A stretch of DNA of 64,000 nt from the NCBI GenBank assembly GCA_023511295.1, contig JAIMBT010000019.1, positions 4,241 to 68,240 of the forward strand, in the 5' to 3' direction. The notes under the pieces were generated by a model that worked only from the letters and a program-made list of their open reading frames with translations, did not search any database and was not told the origin of the DNA. Shown here piece by piece: positions 17,559 through 26,425 of the stretch. Origin of the DNA: Alicyclobacillus sp. (lineage in GTDB: Bacteria; Bacillota; Bacilli; Alicyclobacillales; Alicyclobacillaceae). How positions within the stretch are numbered: position 1 is the stretch's first letter; every line of letters starts with the position of its first letter. Made by a program: the position numbers and the translations under genes.

Positions 17559-17671
17559 AACGATACCCCCTCGTACGTTCAAAATTCCCGTTGCGTTGGT
17601 CGGATACACTCCCGTAGTTCCCCGGTACCGATCCACCTCCTTTTTGACAGCCAACTGGAATGGCTTCGGAC

Positions 17672-18493
17672 TTACATCTTCACCGCACCTGCGGTCATGT
17701 TGCGAATGAACTGTCGCGACGCAAGGGCAAACACGATGATGGTTGGCAACATGACGATGACCAACGCCGGCAGCAACAGGTTCCATTGTGTTGAGTATTG
17801 GCCGACGAAGGACAGTACACCCACTGCGACCGTCATTCGGTTCGGGTTCGTCAGCAAGATTAGTGGGAAGAAGAAGCCGTTCCACGCGGTCAAGAAGTTC
17901 AGCAGTGCGGTCGTACTGAGTGACGGTCTGATGAGTGGCAAGATGACGTGCCAATAAATTTGGAAGTAGCTCGCACCATCAAGGGTTGCCGCTTCTTCGA
18001 GGTCCTTTGGCACACTTCGAATAAAGTTCACCAACAGGAAGACGCTAAAGGACAACCCACTGGCGGCATAGATGAGGATGACGGACAACAAGTTGCCAAC
18101 CAGCCCAATTTGCTTCATCAGGATGAACAATGGAACGGCAATCATCTGAATCGGCAGCGCGAGCCCAGCGAGGAATGTCAGATAGATGACCTGGTTCCCG
18201 CGAAAGTCGAAGCGCGCTATCACGTAAGCTGCCAAGGACGAGAAGAACACGATGACGACCACGGCCACGACGGACACGATTGCCGTATTGACGAGATACA
18301 GCAAGAGGTTGCCCTGGCTCCAGGCTGTCGTGTAGTTGTCGAAGTGCCAGGAGGTTGGTAGAGAAAACGGACTCGATACAATGCCCGGCAAATCTTTAAA
18401 CGACATCAACACCACGTCCACGAGCGGGTAGAGCGCAACGAGGGCAGCAATGATGAGAATGACATAGGCAACGACAGGGCGTTTGAATTGCAT
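17672..18493 (-). CDS. Sugar ABC transporter permease (MalG-like)
   Basis: 273 aa, 6 TM-like segments, EAA-loop region EAATLDGASYFQIYWHVILP. RBS GGGAGGAG. Confidence 0.9.
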   Translation of the reverse strand: MQFKRPVVAYVILIIAALVALYPLVDVVLMSFKDLPGIVSSPFSLPTSWHFDNYTTAWSQGNLLLYLVNTAIVSVVAVVVIVFFSSLAAYVIARFDFRGNQVIYLTFLAGLALPIQMIAVPLFILMKQIGLVGNLLSVILIYAASGLSFSVFLLVNFIRSVPKDLEEAATLDGASYFQIYWHVILPLIRPSLSTTALLNFLTAWNGFFFPLILLTNPNRMTVAVGVLSFVGQYSTQWNLLLPALVIVMLPTIIVFALASRQFIRNMTAGAVKM

Positions 18494-18533
18494 GGAGCTT
18501 CATCTCCTCCCAAGTATCCTTGTCGGCTCTGGC

Positions 18534-19448
18534 CTACAGATCCATCGCAGCCCGTCGCTGTAGGAAGACCAAGATGGCGGACGCAATCATGACGATGAAA
18601 AAGCCCACGAACGCCAGGGCAGTCGCCAATCCAACTCCCTGAGCCGTCGTGCCGAATCCGCCGAAAGCTGTCCGGTAGAAGAGTGTACCAATGACGTCTG
18701 TGGCGTAATTCGGTCCTGCTTGCGTGCCCTCCATGATGTAGATGAGGTCAAATGCGTTGAACGCGCCGACGAAATTGAGTGTCGTGATGGTCAAAAATGT
18801 CGGGCGGATGAAGGGGAAGATGACGGACCGGAAGGTTCGCCACCGGCCTGCTCCGTCCACCTTCGCTGCTTCAATCATCTCTTCCGGAATGTTCAACATC
18901 GACGCGATGAAAATCAAGATGGGAAACCCCATGCCGGCCCAGGCAGTGATCACGGCTATCGTTGGCAGCGCGAGTGCCTCGCTGCCAAGGAACGGCACGT
19001 TCAGCGCATCCAAATGGAGGGCCGATAGCAGTTGGGGAATCGCCCCGTATCCCGGTTCCAGGTACATGCTCCAGATATAAGCAACGACCACGGGAGGAAC
19101 CACCATCGGGATGAAATAGAAGACCTGAAACCACCTCGAAGGGCGTTCTTTGATCCCAATCAGCAGATAGGCCAACAGCAAGCCGAAGATGGTGGTCAAC
19201 ACCATGGACATCGCGAAGAAGTACAGGTTGTGCCAGACAGCTCGCCAAAACATTGGGGCGAACGAATGGGAGAACAAGACAAATGTAAAGTTCTTAATCC
19301 CGATGAAATCGGTGAGCGGGCCGACGCCATTCCAGTTGTACAAACTGTAGCGAAGGCTAGAAAGGAACGGGTACACAATAAAAATCAGGTAGAGAATCAG
19401 TGCGGGTCCGAGAAAGCCGACGATGACATGCCACCGACGTCTACGCAT
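18534..19448 (-). CDS. Sugar ABC transporter permease (MalF-like)
   Basis: Trimmed to ATG 19446-19448 (MRRRRWHVIVGFLGPAL...), preceded by GAGGTGAGG. EAA loop IEAAKVDGAGRWRTFRSVIFP. Confidence 0.9.
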   Translation of the reverse strand: MRRRRWHVIVGFLGPALILYLIFIVYPFLSSLRYSLYNWNGVGPLTDFIGIKNFTFVLFSHSFAPMFWRAVWHNLYFFAMSMVLTTIFGLLLAYLLIGIKERPSRWFQVFYFIPMVVPPVVVAYIWSMYLEPGYGAIPQLLSALHLDALNVPFLGSEALALPTIAVITAWAGMGFPILIFIASMLNIPEEMIEAAKVDGAGRWRTFRSVIFPFIRPTFLTITTLNFVGAFNAFDLIYIMEGTQAGPNYATDVIGTLFYRTAFGGFGTTAQGVGLATALAFVGFFIVMIASAILVFLQRRAAMDL

Positions 19449-19458
19449 GCGCCTCACC

Positions 19459-20319
19459 TCAGTTACGGAATTTATGGCCTTTGACAACGTCCAGGGTAAC
19501 GTCCAGAGCATCGTGAATCTGCTCATGATACTGGTTCGCTAGGTATACAAACAACAGGTCGATGACGGTTAGGGCCGCAATCCGAGAGCTGGTGGCAGCG
19601 ACTCGGCGCGGTGGCTCGACAGCGCTTTCAAATAACTTGGTGTCACACATCCGAGTGAGGGGTGTGTCACCAAACCTTGTAACCGCAATGAGGTGAGCAC
19701 CCTGACGCTTGGCAATCTGACCAATCTCCAACACATCGGATGTGGTACCGGAATGGGAGACCAGTATCAAGACGTCGTCCTTTCGAAGTTGGGCTGCAAA
19801 CACGGCCGCTTTATGAAAATCGGACGTCTCATAGACAGGAAACCCGACACGTGTCAACTTCTGTGCGATATCCTCCGCCACCACGCAGGATGCGCCGACT
19901 CCGAAGGCCATCACCCGTTCCGCCTCGACAATCCGCAATGCAGAGGTTTGAATGGCCGCCTCATCCAGCAGCCGCAGCGTGTTTTGAATCGATTGTACGT
20001 GCGTCTCTTCGATGGCTTGTAGAATCGACCCATAGCCGCTACCGAGCTTTAATTCGCTGTAGTCGTCATTCCCCGCATTGTACGGAATGTCTCCGGCTAC
20101 CCTCAGCTTCAAGTCGTGAAATCCTGCAAACTGCAGAGTTTTCCACAGACGTACCACAGCTGCGGTACTGCTCCCACCGTGGGCAGCGACTTCTTGAATG
20201 GTCATGTTCACGAACTCTGATGGGTTTTGTAAAATAAATTCAGCAATTCTCCGCTCTGAATCCGAAAGACCTTCCAAGGACTCACGGAGTCGAACAAGGC
20301 CGCCGCCCGGAATCGCCAT
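19459..20319 (-). CDS. murR: RpiR/MurR-family transcriptional regulator (HTH plus SIS domain)
   Basis: 286 aa. N-terminal HTH (SDSERRIAEFILQNP...) and a SIS domain. Divergent from murQ and co-directional with the ABC genes. The murR name is by context. Confidence 0.75.
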   Translation of the reverse strand: MAIPGGGLVRLRESLEGLSDSERRIAEFILQNPSEFVNMTIQEVAAHGGSSTAAVVRLWKTLQFAGFHDLKLRVAGDIPYNAGNDDYSELKLGSGYGSILQAIEETHVQSIQNTLRLLDEAAIQTSALRIVEAERVMAFGVGASCVVAEDIAQKLTRVGFPVYETSDFHKAAVFAAQLRKDDVLILVSHSGTTSDVLEIGQIAKRQGAHLIAVTRFGDTPLTRMCDTKLFESAVEPPRRVAATSSRIAALTVIDLLFVYLANQYHEQIHDALDVTLDVVKGHKFRN

Positions 20320-20593
20320 ACTAGACCTCCGTGTATGGAATTCTTTCTATCGTTAGTATAGGGGGAAGGCCGGCCATCCGGCAATAGATTACGAAAAAAA
20401 TTTTTACTGTGCTAATGATAAAAAAGCAAACACTTTACAACGCCCAATGGCATTTGTGAAAATAGGGGAAGCTGCACGGAACCTCTGAGCATGGGCGTGT
20501 CGTGAACTGCCGCACGACCATACTTGTAACAACCGGTCCGCTGACAGGCCTGTACCGAAGAATCCATAGGAAAATATCGGAAGGCGATGATGC

Positions 20594-21496
20594 ATGCTGG
20601 AACACTTGCAGACGGAGCAACCGAACAAGGCCACTGAACGATTAGACCGCTCGACGGCGCTGGAAGTGATTTCGCTGATGAACGAGGCTGAAAAATCCGT
20701 TCCGCTTGCCGTTGAAAAGGTTTTGCCGGATATTGCACGCGCGATTGAAGCGATTGTGGTACGGGTTCGCAGAGGCGGAAGAATATTTTACGTCGGAGCT
20801 GGTACCAGCGGCCGGCTTGGGATTCTGGACGCAGCCGAGTGTCCGCCAACCTTTAGCACACCGCCGGAACTCGTTCAGTCCATCATCGCCGGAGGAAGGG
20901 ACGCGGTGTTTGAAGCGGTGGAGAACGCCGAGGACGATGAAACCGCTGCCGCGGACGAATTAAAGCAACGCCACTTGGTCGGAAAGGATATCGTGGTTGG
21001 ACTTTCCGCCAGTGGACGGACCCCCTTCGTCGTGGGTGCCATCCGCTTCGCGCGACAGACTGGGGCTCTTACCATCACCGTGACGTGCAACGAACGCTCG
21101 GTTCTAGGGCAGTTGAGTGAGATTGCCATCGACGTCAACACGGGGCCGGAGGTGCTGATGGGGTCAACCCGGTTGAAGGCCGGGACTGCACAAAAAATGG
21201 TTCTCAACATGCTCAGCACGGGTACCATGGTTCAGCTGGGTAAGGTCTATAAGAACCTCATGGTGGATATGAAGGCGACCAACCACAAACTACAGGTTCG
21301 GGCGAATCGGATTGTTCGACTGGTGACAGGGGTAACCGAGGCTGAGGCGGCCACCGCATTGACCGCTGCACGGGGTCAGGTGAAACTCGCCATCCTGATG
21401 CTCAAACGCGGTGTGTCAGCCGAGGTCGGTACACGGCTGTTGGAACGGGCCGGCGGGCACCTCCGTGTGGCCCTCGGTGAAGATCGCACAGGGTGA
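20594..21496 (+). CDS. murQ: N-acetylmuramic acid 6-phosphate etherase
   Basis: 300 aa. MLEHLQTEQPN..TERLD...GRIFYVGAGTSGRLGILDAAECPPTF... is the classic MurQ N-terminus with a SIS fold. Confidence 0.9.
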   Translation: MLEHLQTEQPNKATERLDRSTALEVISLMNEAEKSVPLAVEKVLPDIARAIEAIVVRVRRGGRIFYVGAGTSGRLGILDAAECPPTFSTPPELVQSIIAGGRDAVFEAVENAEDDETAAADELKQRHLVGKDIVVGLSASGRTPFVVGAIRFARQTGALTITVTCNERSVLGQLSEIAIDVNTGPEVLMGSTRLKAGTAQKMVLNMLSTGTMVQLGKVYKNLMVDMKATNHKLQVRANRIVRLVTGVTEAEAATALTAARGQVKLAILMLKRGVSAEVGTRLLERAGGHLRVALGEDRTG

Positions 21497-21601
21497 AGCT
21501 GGAGACATACTTTCCCGAAGATGACGCATCTTATGCTCGGCGAACGGTGGAGCCGTTGGCTCTGCGGTTGGCTTGCATCTTCGCGAGGGGAGTGTGATCT
21601 G

Positions 21602-21820
21602 GTGGCGAAACCGGATGATCGTTCGGACAATGTGGAACGGCTGCAACATGCGATTGCCAACACGATGGAGAACATGCGGGAAGCGAAGGACTACCTGAAG
21701 GCGCACGGAGAAGAGATGCGGCCGGAGGACAAAGCTGCGATGGAAGAGAAGAACGCGCGCCGGGAGGAAGCGATTCACGGTTTTCGGGCCGAGATTCAGG
21801 ACGAGGCCCATCGGCAGTAG
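21602..21820 (+). CDS. tlp: Small acid-soluble spore protein Tlp
   Basis: Track ORF trimmed to GTG 21602. KPDDRSDNVERLQ...NTMENM.EA...EEKNARREEAIHGFRAEIQDEA closely parallels Bacillus Tlp as I recall it. 72 aa. Confidence 0.8.
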   Translation: MAKPDDRSDNVERLQHAIANTMENMREAKDYLKAHGEEMRPEDKAAMEEKNARREEAIHGFRAEIQDEAHRQ

Positions 21821-22042
21821 ACCTTCCCCGGACTGTCTGGGGACCTGAACACGCGAAGTGGATCGCGTGGACAGGTCCCCTCTTTGGTGTCGGCTCCGGG
21901 TGGTTTCGCCCTGCTCTCACTTGCAATGGCTGCCGTTACCCTGCAGACTGAACTTCATCGGGTTTCATCCGGTCATTTCAATTGGCGCGAGTCGTACCGT
22001 CCGTGCAACCGGCGTGTTGTGGACCGGAGGAGGGTTGAGCGT

Positions 22043-22579
22043 TTGAACGAAGCAGATCTGGACCTCATCCGGAAGGCAAAGCGCGGCCATTTGGACGCAT
22101 TCACGCGCCTCGTGCACAACTACCAGAACTTCGTCTACCGAACCGCGTACGGCATTCTTCGGCAGCCGACCGACGCGGAAGACGTCAGTCAGGAAGTCTT
22201 TCTCAAGGTTCATCAATCATTGAAACAGCTTCGCGATGAACGGACGTTTCCGACGTGGCTCGCGCGTATCACGGTGCGCACGGCGATAGACTGGAAGCAG
22301 CGATCATCCAACCAGCGGGCCGGACCGCTCGATGAAACCCGGCTCGCGACGCTGCACGACCCGCGGGACGCCGCGGTACACGCACGGCTCGAACTGCACG
22401 AAGCGCTGATGCGTTTAACCCCGCTGCAGCGCACGGTCTTGGTGTTGCGGGAGCTGCACGGTTTGGGGTACGAAGAGATGGCAGAGGTTCTCGGCATACC
22501 CGTCGGGACCGTTCGCTCCAGACTGCACAACGCGCGTGCACAGTTGCGCGCGCACCTGGATGAGGAGAGGGGTGGCTGA
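22043..22579 (+). CDS. ECF-type RNA polymerase sigma-70 factor
   Basis: Region 2 (DAFTRLVHNYQNFVYRTAYGIL, DAEDVSQEVFLKV) and region 4 (LQRTVLVLRELHGLGYEEMAEVLGIPVGTVRSRLHNAR). Start set at TTG 22043, 7 nt after GGAGGAGGG. The start is uncertain. Confidence 0.85.
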   Translation: MNEADLDLIRKAKRGHLDAFTRLVHNYQNFVYRTAYGILRQPTDAEDVSQEVFLKVHQSLKQLRDERTFPTWLARITVRTAIDWKQRSSNQRAGPLDETRLATLHDPRDAAVHARLELHEALMRLTPLQRTVLVLRELHGLGYEEMAEVLGIPVGTVRSRLHNARAQLRAHLDEERGG

Positions 22580-22580
22580 C

Positions 22581-23078
22581 ATGGAATGTACGGCTGTCGA
22601 GCCTCGGCTGTCCGCGTACATGGACGGTGAGGTGGCGGATGCCGAGCGGATCGAGATAGAAGCGCACTTAACGCACTGTGACGGGTGTGCTGCTGTCTAT
22701 CATGCGCTGTTGCACGAGGCCGCGGCAATTCGCGCGGACCTGCTGTCCGTCAACGTGCCGTCGACGATGGCAGAACGGGTGCTGCAGGCGATTGTCGAGC
22801 GTCATCGAACCGTACAGGCGAAGCGGCTGGCAGTTGTATACGCAGTTTGTGTACTCGCACTTGTGAGTGCAATGGTTTGGACGTTGACGACGGCGGTTGG
22901 GCGCTTCGTCCATGCGTCCACGCGCCTGTTCTTGGCGGCCCTGCACAGCACCGTGCTGTTCCTGTCGACGTCCGGGGCGGCATGGACCATTGGTGTCATG
23001 GTTCTGTGCGGCGTACTGGCCGGTTTGTCCATCTTCGGCGCAGTCCGCATTCTGCGATCTTCTGAGGTGACCGCATGA
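22581..23078 (+). CDS. Anti-sigma factor (zf-HC2 type, single TM region)
   Basis: ATG 22581 lies 1 nt after the sigma stop. N-terminal motif C..V...LSAYMDGE......IEAHLTHCDGC is the zf-HC2 signature, followed by hydrophobic segments. Confidence 0.75.
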   Translation: MECTAVEPRLSAYMDGEVADAERIEIEAHLTHCDGCAAVYHALLHEAAAIRADLLSVNVPSTMAERVLQAIVERHRTVQAKRLAVVYAVCVLALVSAMVWTLTTAVGRFVHASTRLFLAALHSTVLFLSTSGAAWTIGVMVLCGVLAGLSIFGAVRILRSSEVTA

Positions 23079-23917
23079 GCTCGCGACTTTCGCTGCGGCG
23101 AGTCCTTCTCTGGATGGGCCTGACGCTCGCGGTGGTGTTCGCATGGGCCCCTCCGGCGCATGCCCAGACCCGCGCCATTGAAGCGCTGGTCCGCGGCCAG
23201 CCGACGACGATTTCCCAGAACGAGGTGGTCGAAGACGTGCTCGTGATGGGACACAACGTCACCGTGGAGGGGCGTGTCACAGAATTGCTGGTGGTGCTCG
23301 ACGGTGACGTCCACCTGACCTCGACGGCCCGGACAGGGATTGTGGTCGACATCGGCGGTGTGATTCGGCAAGATCGCGGAGCACACGTGGAAGGCGTCTA
23401 TCGACTGTCGTTGAACGCGCCGTTCTGGAATGGGACACTGTTTGGATTGATGGTGGCGTTTGGCTTGTGGGCGGCCAGCTTAGCGGTCAGCGTGGTGTTC
23501 GTCTTGGTCGCGGTCTTAATTGCGGCCGGGCTCGCGGGGCGGCGCTTGCCACTCGCGAGTGAGGACGCGTCCGTTCGCAGGCTGGGTTTGCTCGGGGTGT
23601 TCATGACGCTGGCCGTTTTGTCTGTCGTGAGTTTACTTGGCATGACCGTGATTGCGCTGCCACTGGCGGGGATTGTCTTAGCTGCCTACGTCGTCGCAGG
23701 TGTTGTGGGGTTGTCGGCCGTTTCCCTGTGGGTAGGGCGGCTTGTCATGCGAGGCGAAGAATCCCGCCCGACTTGGGCTCTGTCGCTGGCCGGTGCTGGA
23801 CTGATGGCGGCTTTTATGAACATCCCCTTGATTGGCATCGTCCTGTTGTGTCTCTTTTGGTTGATTGGGGTCGGTTGCGTCACGCAGGTCCTGCTCCGCC
23901 GGCGGAGGTCACGGTAA
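23075..23917 (+). CDS. Membrane protein of unknown function, third gene of the ECF operon
   Basis: ATGA overlap with the anti-sigma stop. Signal-peptide-like N-terminus (...AWAPPAHAQT), a short beta-rich extracytoplasmic segment, then about 5 TM segments. No family recognised. Confidence 0.65.
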   Translation: MSSRLSLRRVLLWMGLTLAVVFAWAPPAHAQTRAIEALVRGQPTTISQNEVVEDVLVMGHNVTVEGRVTELLVVLDGDVHLTSTARTGIVVDIGGVIRQDRGAHVEGVYRLSLNAPFWNGTLFGLMVAFGLWAASLAVSVVFVLVAVLIAAGLAGRRLPLASEDASVRRLGLLGVFMTLAVLSVVSLLGMTVIALPLAGIVLAAYVVAGVVGLSAVSLWVGRLVMRGEESRPTWALSLAGAGLMAAFMNIPLIGIVLLCLFWLIGVGCVTQVLLRRRRSR

Positions 23918-23951
23918 GGGTCCCCGTCCCTCCGCCTTCCCTGTCCATCCC

Positions 23952-24077
23952 TCACGCTTCGCGGCGGACGACCCGAAGCACGAACAGCAACACCGCAAAG
24001 AACGCGAGAGCCGCTGCTTGGATTGCAATGACGCCAAGCGACGACGCGACTTCCCACACACCTTGAACAGCACGCAT
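23952..24077 (-). CDS. Candidate 41-aa single-TM small protein (below the ORF-track size cutoff)
   Basis: MRAVQGVWEVASSLGVIAIQAAALAFFAVLLFVLRVVRREA. ATG 24075-24077 lies 9 nt after AAAGGAGG (an in-frame ATG at 24086 abuts the SD). It begins 37 nt after the flippase stop on the same strand. Confidence 0.4.
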   Translation of the reverse strand: MRAVQGVWEVASSLGVIAIQAAALAFFAVLLFVLRVVRREA

Positions 24078-24114
24078 GCGATGCATCCTCCTTTACAGCT
24101 TGACGGTATCGTCG

Positions 24115-25440
24115 TTAGCGGGCTCGTCCGATGGACCGGTTCCACGCGGCCCGAACGGCGTCCACATACGGCACGAAGTCCGTCCTGCGGATGGCACACA
24201 GACCGCTTGGCGGAACCTGGTTCACCCGGCTAAACCAAGCCACGTAGACCGCGAGCGACAGAGCGTAAGACGCAGTCGATGCGAGCGCAGCGCCTGGCAG
24301 CGCGAAGTGCGGGACCAGCGACACACACACGGCTGCGTTCACGGCGGCGCACAATCCGTTCATCCAAATCGATGTCTGCGGTGAGCCCAGTTGATTCGTG
24401 GCGTACTGAATCAACACGTTCCCCGCGGACTTCAGGATGAGTCCCGGCAGCAAAATCAAAAACGGCGCCACCGACCCCGCGTAGCGAGAGCCGTACGCGA
24501 TATGAATCAACCAAGGAAAGGCGACGTACATCGGAATGGCGGCGATGACCGACGAAATGAGCGTGTGGCGGAACGAAAGCTCGGTCACACGGATGGCGTC
24601 GGTTCTTGATCCGCTGGTCATCTGTTTGAACACGACGACCGCAATCGACCCGGAAACCTGCAGCAAGACCTCGGATGCGGTCACTGCGATGGCGTACTCT
24701 GACGCCTCTCGGGGCCACAGCGCTGCGACAAACCAGAAGTCGATCCGGTAGTTGACGATATTCACGGCATTCGAAACGGAGAGCCAGCTGCCGTATCTCC
24801 ACATCTCCCGCCAGATATCGGCCTGATACGCGATGCGCCATGGCCGCGGCACACGGGCCAGCCGCCAGGCGCTACTCATCGTGAACACGGCAGCCAAGGC
24901 GTAGGAGCCCGTCCACGCCACGTACGTCCAGTGCAGGCGCTGCCCCGGCGGAAGGTGGCGAAACCCGAACAGAAGGGTGATGCCGACCGCCACCAGAACT
25001 GCTGGCTGCAACAGGTTCGCCGCGTTCAATCGGCCAATCTCGTTCTGACCTTGCAACAACTTCGTCCCGTGATTGAACAGGATGGCAAACGGCATACAGG
25101 CGAGCGCCCACCAAACAGTGTTCGCCAGGTGAACCCAACCACTGATCCGCAGGGCCGCCGCAACGAGCGCGACACCTGCGCAAAGCGTGAAGACGAACAG
25201 GTTGCCGACCTGCAGGACCTCGGCTTGTTCGTCGTCTCGACGGGCCATGGCGTACGCGTAATAGCCGGTATAGCCGCCAAAGAACGTCGTTGGCACGCTG
25301 TTGATAGAGGCCGACGTCTGGTAGTAGCCAAAGCCAAGGTTCGTGTTGAACCGCGCCAAAAGGACGCTGTTGAAAAATCCAAGTACGGAGACCGCCAGTT
25401 TGTTGAGAAACGTCAACGCCGTTTTACGGACGAGGTTCAT
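24115..25440 (-). CDS. Oligosaccharide/polysaccharide flippase (MOP/Wzx-like superfamily)
   Basis: 441 aa with about 12-14 TM segments. N-terminus MNLVRKTALTFLNKLAVSVLGFFNSVLLARF is typical of polysaccharide biosynthesis/export proteins. RBS GGGGAGG. Confidence 0.8.
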   Translation of the reverse strand: MNLVRKTALTFLNKLAVSVLGFFNSVLLARFNTNLGFGYYQTSASINSVPTTFFGGYTGYYAYAMARRDDEQAEVLQVGNLFVFTLCAGVALVAAALRISGWVHLANTVWWALACMPFAILFNHGTKLLQGQNEIGRLNAANLLQPAVLVAVGITLLFGFRHLPPGQRLHWTYVAWTGSYALAAVFTMSSAWRLARVPRPWRIAYQADIWREMWRYGSWLSVSNAVNIVNYRIDFWFVAALWPREASEYAIAVTASEVLLQVSGSIAVVVFKQMTSGSRTDAIRVTELSFRHTLISSVIAAIPMYVAFPWLIHIAYGSRYAGSVAPFLILLPGLILKSAGNVLIQYATNQLGSPQTSIWMNGLCAAVNAAVCVSLVPHFALPGAALASTASYALSLAVYVAWFSRVNQVPPSGLCAIRRTDFVPYVDAVRAAWNRSIGRAR

Positions 25441-25641
25441 GGGGCCTCCCCTTCATTGATGCCCGCGGGCATGGTGCACCACGGCGTGGCGGGTATACCC
25501 GCGGATTCACTGGGTACAGACCGTGCCCAACGGGAAAAAGTTCACTGATTCGGCCAGTGGAGAAAGGAAAATCGCGGTGGGAAGGTTTCATCCTGGTGGG
25601 GTCGGCGTCGACCGGGCTCCCGTGCTCGCACGGACAGGATG

Positions 25642-26337
25642 TCAGGAAGCCGGCGCGGTATACGGCTCCGTATCCAACGCCCCGCTGGACCGCTTGCTGG
25701 GATGCGGATACACCACGTGCACGATGCCTGCCTTCTGTTTCAAGGTGGACCAAATCTGTTGCCCAGGTCGCGGTCCCGCGACGAGTAGGATGCCACTCGC
25801 GGCCGCAATCACGGAAGCGGCGATGACGGCACATGTTTGAAAGATGGATGGGCGTGCGGCTGTGTGTCTCGGGGTGGAAACGCCGCGCTTCACGGTCTCC
25901 GTCGATGTGGGCCACGCCTCCGACTCGTCCCGTTTCCGGCCGTCCTCTGCATCCAAGAGGAGGTCGTCCGTCAGTTCTCTGACCGACGTGATGCGCTCCA
26001 GCCAGCGGAGGTTCGCCGCGAACAGCGTCGAACACGCGAAGCAGACGTTCGCCCGAGAAAGGGGTGCGTGCACCGGAGCCGTTGCGATGAAGAGACGGCC
26101 CGCAAAAGCTCGATTGTCTGCATCCCATTCGCACGCCAAACGGGGATAGGCCGCTACGGCGCGTTCGCTGGAAGCCGTTTGCCGGAACGGCGCCAGGGAT
26201 TGGAACGCCGTGTGTAAGTGATGAAAACTGAAGGCGTCCAAGCCCCAGCGGATGTCGCGTGCGCCATCCTTGAGGTGGACGCGGACCCGCGCGAACGGAC
26301 CCAGCGAGTCCATTTGGACGTCGAGAACCTCAATCAT
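25642..26337 (-). CDS. Hypothetical protein with one predicted TM segment near the C-terminus
   Basis: 231-aa ORF with ATG preceded by GAGG. About 125 aa of soluble N-terminal domain, an acidic linker, then the hydrophobic stretch IFQTCAVIAASVIAAASGILLVAG. No family recognised. A competing overlapping ORF in another frame (25424..26134) looks like a GC shadow. Confidence 0.55.
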   Translation of the reverse strand: MIEVLDVQMDSLGPFARVRVHLKDGARDIRWGLDAFSFHHLHTAFQSLAPFRQTASSERAVAAYPRLACEWDADNRAFAGRLFIATAPVHAPLSRANVCFACSTLFAANLRWLERITSVRELTDDLLLDAEDGRKRDESEAWPTSTETVKRGVSTPRHTAARPSIFQTCAVIAASVIAAASGILLVAGPRPGQQIWSTLKQKAGIVHVVYPHPSKRSSGALDTEPYTAPAS

Positions 26338-26425
26338 GTGCAGACCTCGTCAGGGAAGGATGGCTGCGAACGTATCCATCCGCTCGCAGCGCGAAAGCAC
26401 GACCCAGGGCCGTCGCAGACCTGCA

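Noticed and set aside
17551-17559. An isolated DnaA-box-like word TTGTCCACA overlapping the start codon of the sugar-binding protein gene (its CAC is the complement of the GTG start at 17556-17558). A similar TTATCCAAA lies in the gap between the DUF3311-like gene and nagA (about 29443-29451).
   Set aside because: These are single one-mismatch words without neighbours, which is expected by chance. They are not comparable with the two clusters.
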